Positions 24,601 through 28,285 of a DNA stretch of 28,285 nt are shown here, piece by piece. This DNA is from a virus. Lineage: Duplodnaviria > Caudoviricetes. The position numbers and the translations under genes were made by a program. The stretch is taken from positions 1 to 28,285 of IMG/VR virus record IMGVR_UViG_3300017773_000094; one strand, given 5' to 3'. A model generated the notes under the pieces. It was not told the DNA's origin. It worked only from the letters and a program-made list of their open reading frames with translations, and searched no databases. Positions within the stretch are counted from its first letter, which is position 1; the number at the start of each line of letters is the position of its first letter.

Positions 24601-26705
24601 TTCATCAATGTACTTGCCGAGGCATCAATAGATTTAAAAGAACCAACTCTAGCTGTTAAGTCGCCTGAAAAGGTTGCATTACCAGAACTGTTTATAGTTA
24701 ATCTATCAGCTCCATTTGTAGCTAGTAAAATTGATTGATTTGATGGTTTTATTTTTATCCAACTATAATTACCCGCTCCCGATGCTCTAGCTTGGAATCT
24801 CATGTCTGATAACACATCTGTGGTACCAACTCTTTCCATGTAAAAACCATTGCTGTCATCGTTTGAATAGGTAAAACTACTTCCAGTTGTAGCCCATTTA
24901 AAACTTCCACCAACAGTTACGTTACCTACAAAATCAACGTTGCCAGAAGAATTAATACGCATTCTTTCTGCACCAGAAGTCAAGAACCTCATATTACCAT
25001 TAGATGTGCTTGCAGAAATATCTAACATAGTTTGCCCACCTGTTGTATTACTTCCGAATGATCCAATTACTGTGGCTTGTTTTCTTAAATCTAATATAGA
25101 TCCATCCGTTCCAAGATTTCTACCTAATGTTAATGTTGGTGCATTTGCAGTTGTTGCGATTTCTGTTTGACCAGTTGAAAAATCAAATCCAAAACCTTTT
25201 TGATTATTAAAGTTACTTGCAATATTAACAGCGGTATTACCCATTAATACATCTCCCCCCGCTTTAATAACCATTCTATTGGTATCAGTCGTCCTAAAAT
25301 GCAGATCATGTGCTGATGTTGTTCTTACATACGCTTCCGATTGGGCATTGAGTAGATCCATTACGCAACTGCCACCTGATGTAAGAATAACTTGTGTATT
25401 ACCTGAAGAACTTGCTTTTATATCGCCAACAACCTCTAGCTTCTCACTTGGACTAGTTGTTCCTATACCAACTTTGCCGTTAGTGTCGATTACAAATTTA
25501 TCTCCAGTATTATTTGCAATTAAAAATGAACCTTCATGATAATTTACAAAACCTGCACCAACATTCCAGAAGTAATTCCCGCCATCTAATTGTAATTGAT
25601 AACCTGAAGAGTCTTCAACGTGTAATTTTTTACTTGGCGAATTTGTTCCTATACCAACTCTACCACCAGAGGTGATACGCATTCTTTCTGCATTATTTGC
25701 AATGAAGAATATTCCACCTCCTCCCATATAGATGGATTCATCAGCACCCAAAGAGCTACCATTATATATACCTGCATATGTAGAATCAGAATACGTTGTA
25801 AGACGGGTATTTGCTGCCCCGAATCTCGCGGCTCCGTTTACATCTAATTTCTGCGATGGACTACCTGTTCCTATACCAACATTACCGCCATTAAACCAGC
25901 TATTTCCAGCGGTATCAATTCTTACGTCTTCTGTTGACCCGTCAAACAAAGACAATAAACCTTTATCTAAATTCGCTCCTGTCCCTCTAGGTTGTATACG
26001 AGCTATTTTGTAATCAGCCGATTGTAAAAAGAAATCTGCTCCATCTCCTACAATATCTAATTTAGCTGTTGGACTAGTTGTTCCTATACCAACGTTGCCA
26101 TTTTCCTGAACCCTAAAGAGTAAATTACCTCCAGAGGACCCAGTTCTGTTAGCTGCAATATCAAATGTTCTGTCTGTCTGCGAGTCGTCGGAATCTATAT
26201 TAAATATAAATCTTTGAGTTGAGTTGAATACAGCATTAACACCTCCAGAAACACTTAAAATACCGTTTGCCTCATATGTGGAATTGTTACTTGATAAATG
26301 TAATAGTGAGCTAGGACTAGTTGTTCCTATACCAACTCTACCCGTTTCATGCCAAGACATTGCTCTAGTTCCCCCGCTAATGCCTATATCTAAATAATCA
26401 TCTACTCCAGATCCAGATTGAGCGCCTATAGTCCACGCTTCGTTTCCTGCATGATTAATATTTATGAAATTACCGCCAGAGCTAGGAACAGTAAAATTAA
26501 TTGCTGCCCCAGAACTCAACGTACCACCTGCTAGTGGCAAGAAAGACGTGCTATTAAATGCATTAGTTCCTAAAGCTCTCTTGCCGACTACATCAGCACC
26601 AGCGATCATCAACGCCGTAACGTCTGAACCGCTGTAGGTGGATAAACTTGGTAGAGTTAAATTTGCGTTGACCTTAAGATCTGAATTTATGTTCCTTGTT
26701 GGCAT
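21678..26705 (-). CDS. Long tail fibre (1675 aa) with 14 G[NRK]VGIGT-type repeats
   Basis: Repeated ERMRI...GNVGIGTTSP..KL.V joints separating variable Gly/Ser/Asn-rich modules; C-terminal YTVSTLP...YSDGTNW domain. Confidence 0.88.
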   Translation of the reverse strand: MPTRNINSDLKVNANLTLPSLSTYSGSDVTALMIAGADVVGKRALGTNAFNSTSFLPLAGGTLSSGAAINFTVPSSGGNFININHAGNEAWTIGAQSGSGVDDYLDIGISGGTRAMSWHETGRVGIGTTSPSSLLHLSSNNSTYEANGILSVSGGVNAVFNSTQRFIFNIDSDDSQTDRTFDIAANRTGSSGGNLLFRVQENGNVGIGTTSPTAKLDIVGDGADFFLQSADYKIARIQPRGTGANLDKGLLSLFDGSTEDVRIDTAGNSWFNGGNVGIGTGSPSQKLDVNGAARFGAANTRLTTYSDSTYAGIYNGSSLGADESIYMGGGGIFFIANNAERMRITSGGRVGIGTNSPSKKLHVEDSSGYQLQLDGGNYFWNVGAGFVNYHEGSFLIANNTGDKFVIDTNGKVGIGTTSPSEKLEVVGDIKASSSGNTQVILTSGGSCVMDLLNAQSEAYVRTTSAHDLHFRTTDTNRMVIKAGGDVLMGNTAVNIASNFNNQKGFGFDFSTGQTEIATTANAPTLTLGRNLGTDGSILDLRKQATVIGSFGSNTTGGQTMLDISASTSNGNMRFLTSGAERMRINSSGNVDFVGNVTVGGSFKWATTGSSFTYSNDDSNGFYMERVGTTDVLSDMRFQARASGAGNYSWIKIKPSNQSILLATNGADRLTINSSGNATFSGDLTARVGSFKSIDASASTLMNLMCNDGNNAATFRTTVSGRVFEIRSQNSGTLKFNSTSSTFTGDINLGTGKNIYMSGTSGLRFLHDGSNGNVISGNGDLNITNGASDKDIKFKGNDGGSSFTALTLDMSAGGNATFAGNVITSLVYGNTDLNLGYAGGTSGIFIKGSTALAGNVGIGTTHPTAKLEVIGTGSQLASTGYYINSSFKGSSNVGVFLGHNNTNNGNGMVAGINKLAFLTYGTSWGERMVIDGSGNVTINAGNVTVGGGQILTPSGTNLALNPNTGTVSVGGVIQCSGSGASSFTGGVNVAGDLNINSGSSIHGTIKSSSSSLTLNARNTGIMLFQSGGSEKMRIASSGNVGIGITSPEQLLTVAGGSISVSGNTGTARQILELTTASTVATIKASYQGSSSFGDLAFQTSSSERMRILANGNVGIGTTSPSEKLELTGYAKASSGFKAGNYTIINESSNESSFGNSAYYGLLLKTNNATRMKITNAGNVGIDKTSPAQKLDVGAGHIRLDAGYSLQWDNSHERIEQSDGHLEFFVNNTESMTLDTNGLGIGTTNPNRLLQINGGHSTTRMRLFYAGSQNDRNAYIDMWASEPGVTYNGSGIGSNINGSPYYGRYVTELGQSYIRFVAGQLQLWTGPASSGTASTALQRLTILDGGNVGIGQGSPTAKLHLKGDGGSSGLTFKTTDASNNETFFIFDGGRAGVRYHPFSIGIPSTTPVAGNAVFQVEEAGLLTVLSTGKVGIGTTSPAAKLQVYSTATRDIFISGHGTQAQNDWQGEHAFFISAGQGVIIGKANANNNTNRLHILYNDSSGNANYLAYNTSNTAKIHLNTNGNSYLNGGNVGIGTTSPTEKLHVEGNIELINGGYIGSLDGSYWQRIRFEDATPSTTNAFNFETRNGSGSFIKHMVIRNDGNVGVGNATPATKLAVEGTIAHKVYTVSTLPSASPAGQRAFVSDSSYSLTQAHGLVTVGSGSNFCPMYSDGTNWRVG

Positions 26706-27422
26706 CTTTAAAAATTAAGCGTAAGTGTTGTTGATGGAGCTTCCGAATGCTTCTACCGATACTCTTGGTGTATAGCTCTTTGTCCCTGATCTAGATTTGA
26801 ATGTAAAGGTTATGGTTGACCCGTTAGCAGATGCAGTAACATCAAAATCGTTTGTTCCTTCATCGATTACCTTTTGGGTGTACCATGTCCCAGTACTATT
26901 ATAACAACTGTAAACAATCTTTTGGTAGCTTCCAGTATGCCCGAAACAGGTGAACGTGAAGCCAGCAGAAGCTCCATTGCCATTTGGGGAACTCGTTAAA
27001 CCTGCCACCGCATAGCCAGTCGTGGTGAGGGAACCCGCAGACTTATGGTATGTGACCTTACCGCCAGCTAAGATACCGCCGTTGACTTCTAGTTTGTAAG
27101 ACGGGCTACTTGAACCTACACCGACTCTATCGTATGCGCTATCCACAAACAGAGTGTATGAATCGAAGCTGACATCGCCTGTTATAGATAAAGTTCCTTG
27201 GTCATTTAAAAGCGAACCTCTAACTCGTAAGGCATTTTGCACATAAGCTCCTCCACCAGAACTAACATAAAAATAGTTGTTCGGAACTGTTACTATACCA
27301 CTATCTGTAACTTGCAGAAGTTCAGTATTAGAACTATTCCTAACTCGTAGAGCCACCCCACTTCCTGTCCCTGATCCTTTGATTTCTAATTTAGAATCTG
27401 GGTCTCCTACTCCTATACCAAC
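22413..27422 (-). repeat. Dispersed 12-bp repeat GTTGGTATAGGA (10 exact copies) at fibre module joints
   Basis: Plus-strand TCCTATACCAAC at 22413, 22659, 23361, 24132, 25461, 25647, 25869, 26082, 26325 and 27411, plus several near-copies. Confidence 0.9.
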
Positions 27423-28285
27423 GTTACCTCCATTGAAGTAAGAAAAGCCATTGGCCCTAAAACTTACAGCAGGAGTTGTGTTATTATATAAATTTAGTAA
27501 AGCAGTATTATTACTGTCTCCATAGTTGATTGCTACACCACTAGAATGAGAAGCTTTTATATGAAAATTACCACCGCCTTGATTTATATAACTTGTTTTA
27601 CCATGAGTGCTTTGAAATTGAATTGTAGCTTCAGCAGTATTTAAATGTATTGCTTGCTGGGGGGTAGGTGTCCCTAAACCCATTTTACTGTTGACTAGAG
27701 TCAAAAACTCACCTGAAGCATTTTCAAATACAAACGGATTATCGTCAGCGGGTGATACAAAAGCAAAATCACCAGAACCATCTCTTCTTCTTTCTATGTA
27801 ATTCTTTTCAGTAGTCCCTTCGTAAAAAGATAATCGGGCAGATGTGCTGGCATTAATAGTGGCTCCATTTGATATAATTAGTCTAGTGGGGGCTGTTTGA
27901 TCTTTACGAAGCATCAGCAATCCTAAAGGACTCGTTGTTCCGATACCAACGTTACCAGCATCCCCGTCAACCGTTAGTCTATCAGCCCCACCTGCGAAGA
28001 CCCTGATGTCGTTGCCATTCCTATAAATGTATTCTCCTTCAGAAGTTGATGATCCAAAGACAAATCCAGCAGTGCCGCCAGCGTAGACATTACCAGATGA
28101 GACTGTGCTGCCCGTTAGGGACACACCCCAAGTTTCTGTTTGCAGCTTCTTGGAATTGTCGAAGTAAAGTTCAACAGCACCATTAGCTATCGCTACAAGC
28201 ATATTTTCGTTGGTACTCGAAAGTAAAGCTGTTGCACTATTAGATCTTATTCTTAAGTCACCAGTGCCTACCTCATCTATATAGC
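26715..28285 (-). CDS. Second GNVGIGT-repeat tail fibre, C-terminal part (start lies beyond right edge)
   Basis: Frame stays open upstream of Met 28202 to the window end (YIDEVGTGDLRIRSNSATALLSSTNENM...); GNVGIGTTSP, GNVGIGVGDP and RVGVGSSSP repeats. Confidence 0.85.
   Translation of the reverse strand, partial: YIDEVGTGDLRIRSNSATALLSSTNENMLVAIANGAVELYFDNSKKLQTETWGVSLTGSTVSSGNVYAGGTAGFVFGSSTSEGEYIYRNGNDIRVFAGGADRLTVDGDAGNVGIGTTSPLGLLMLRKDQTAPTRLIISNGATINASTSARLSFYEGTTEKNYIERRRDGSGDFAFVSPADDNPFVFENASGEFLTLVNSKMGLGTPTPQQAIHLNTAEATIQFQSTHGKTSYINQGGGNFHIKASHSSGVAINYGDSNNTALLNLYNNTTPAVSFRANGFSYFNGGNVGIGVGDPDSKLEIKGSGTGSGVALRVRNSSNTELLQVTDSGIVTVPNNYFYVSSGGGAYVQNALRVRGSLLNDQGTLSITGDVSFDSYTLFVDSAYDRVGVGSSSPSYKLEVNGGILAGGKVTYHKSAGSLTTTGYAVAGLTSSPNGNGASAGFTFTCFGHTGSYQKIVYSCYNSTGTWYTQKVIDEGTNDFDVTASANGSTITFTFKSRSGTKSYTPRVSVEAFGSSINNTYA

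Noticed and set aside
22413-27422. Dispersed repeats as a CRISPR array or DGR
   Set aside because: Repeats are in-frame coding motifs with irregular spacing of hundreds of bp; no reverse transcriptase and no adenine-specific TR/VR pair seen.
28200-28202. Met 28202 as the start of the second fibre
   Set aside because: The frame stays open with fibre-like sequence to the window edge.

Overview
The whole window is part of a tailed dsDNA bacteriophage genome, probably aquatic. The host is probably diderm and uses little Shine-Dalgarno signal (PVC or Bacteroidota-like; inference). Layout: (1) the 5' end of a terminase large subunit on the minus strand (1-378), head-to-head with an HTH/TerS-like gene; (2) a plus-strand DNA metabolism arm (389-11052) with a DUF1599-like protein, RuvC-like resolvase, SF2 helicase, two stand-alone DnaA-domain-IV-like proteins, a DUF2800/Cas4-like nuclease, a putative SSB, a family A DNA polymerase (Leu762 type) and a primase-NTPase; (3) a minus-strand late arm (11032-28285) with two GNVGIGT-repeat fibres, a putative tail protein with an embedded trypsin-like domain, poly-serine proteins coupled to a GT25 glycosyltransferase, an adaptor-like protein, a lysis cassette (two holin-like genes, an overlapped spanin-like pair, an Amidase_3 endolysin), small basic proteins and a poly-Ser beta-propeller. 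The best candidates for an undescribed system are a poly-Ser/GT25 virion glycosylation module and fibre modules joined by a motif conserved at the DNA level, which suggests recombinational shuffling. All family calls come from motif recognition by eye; no database searches were run.
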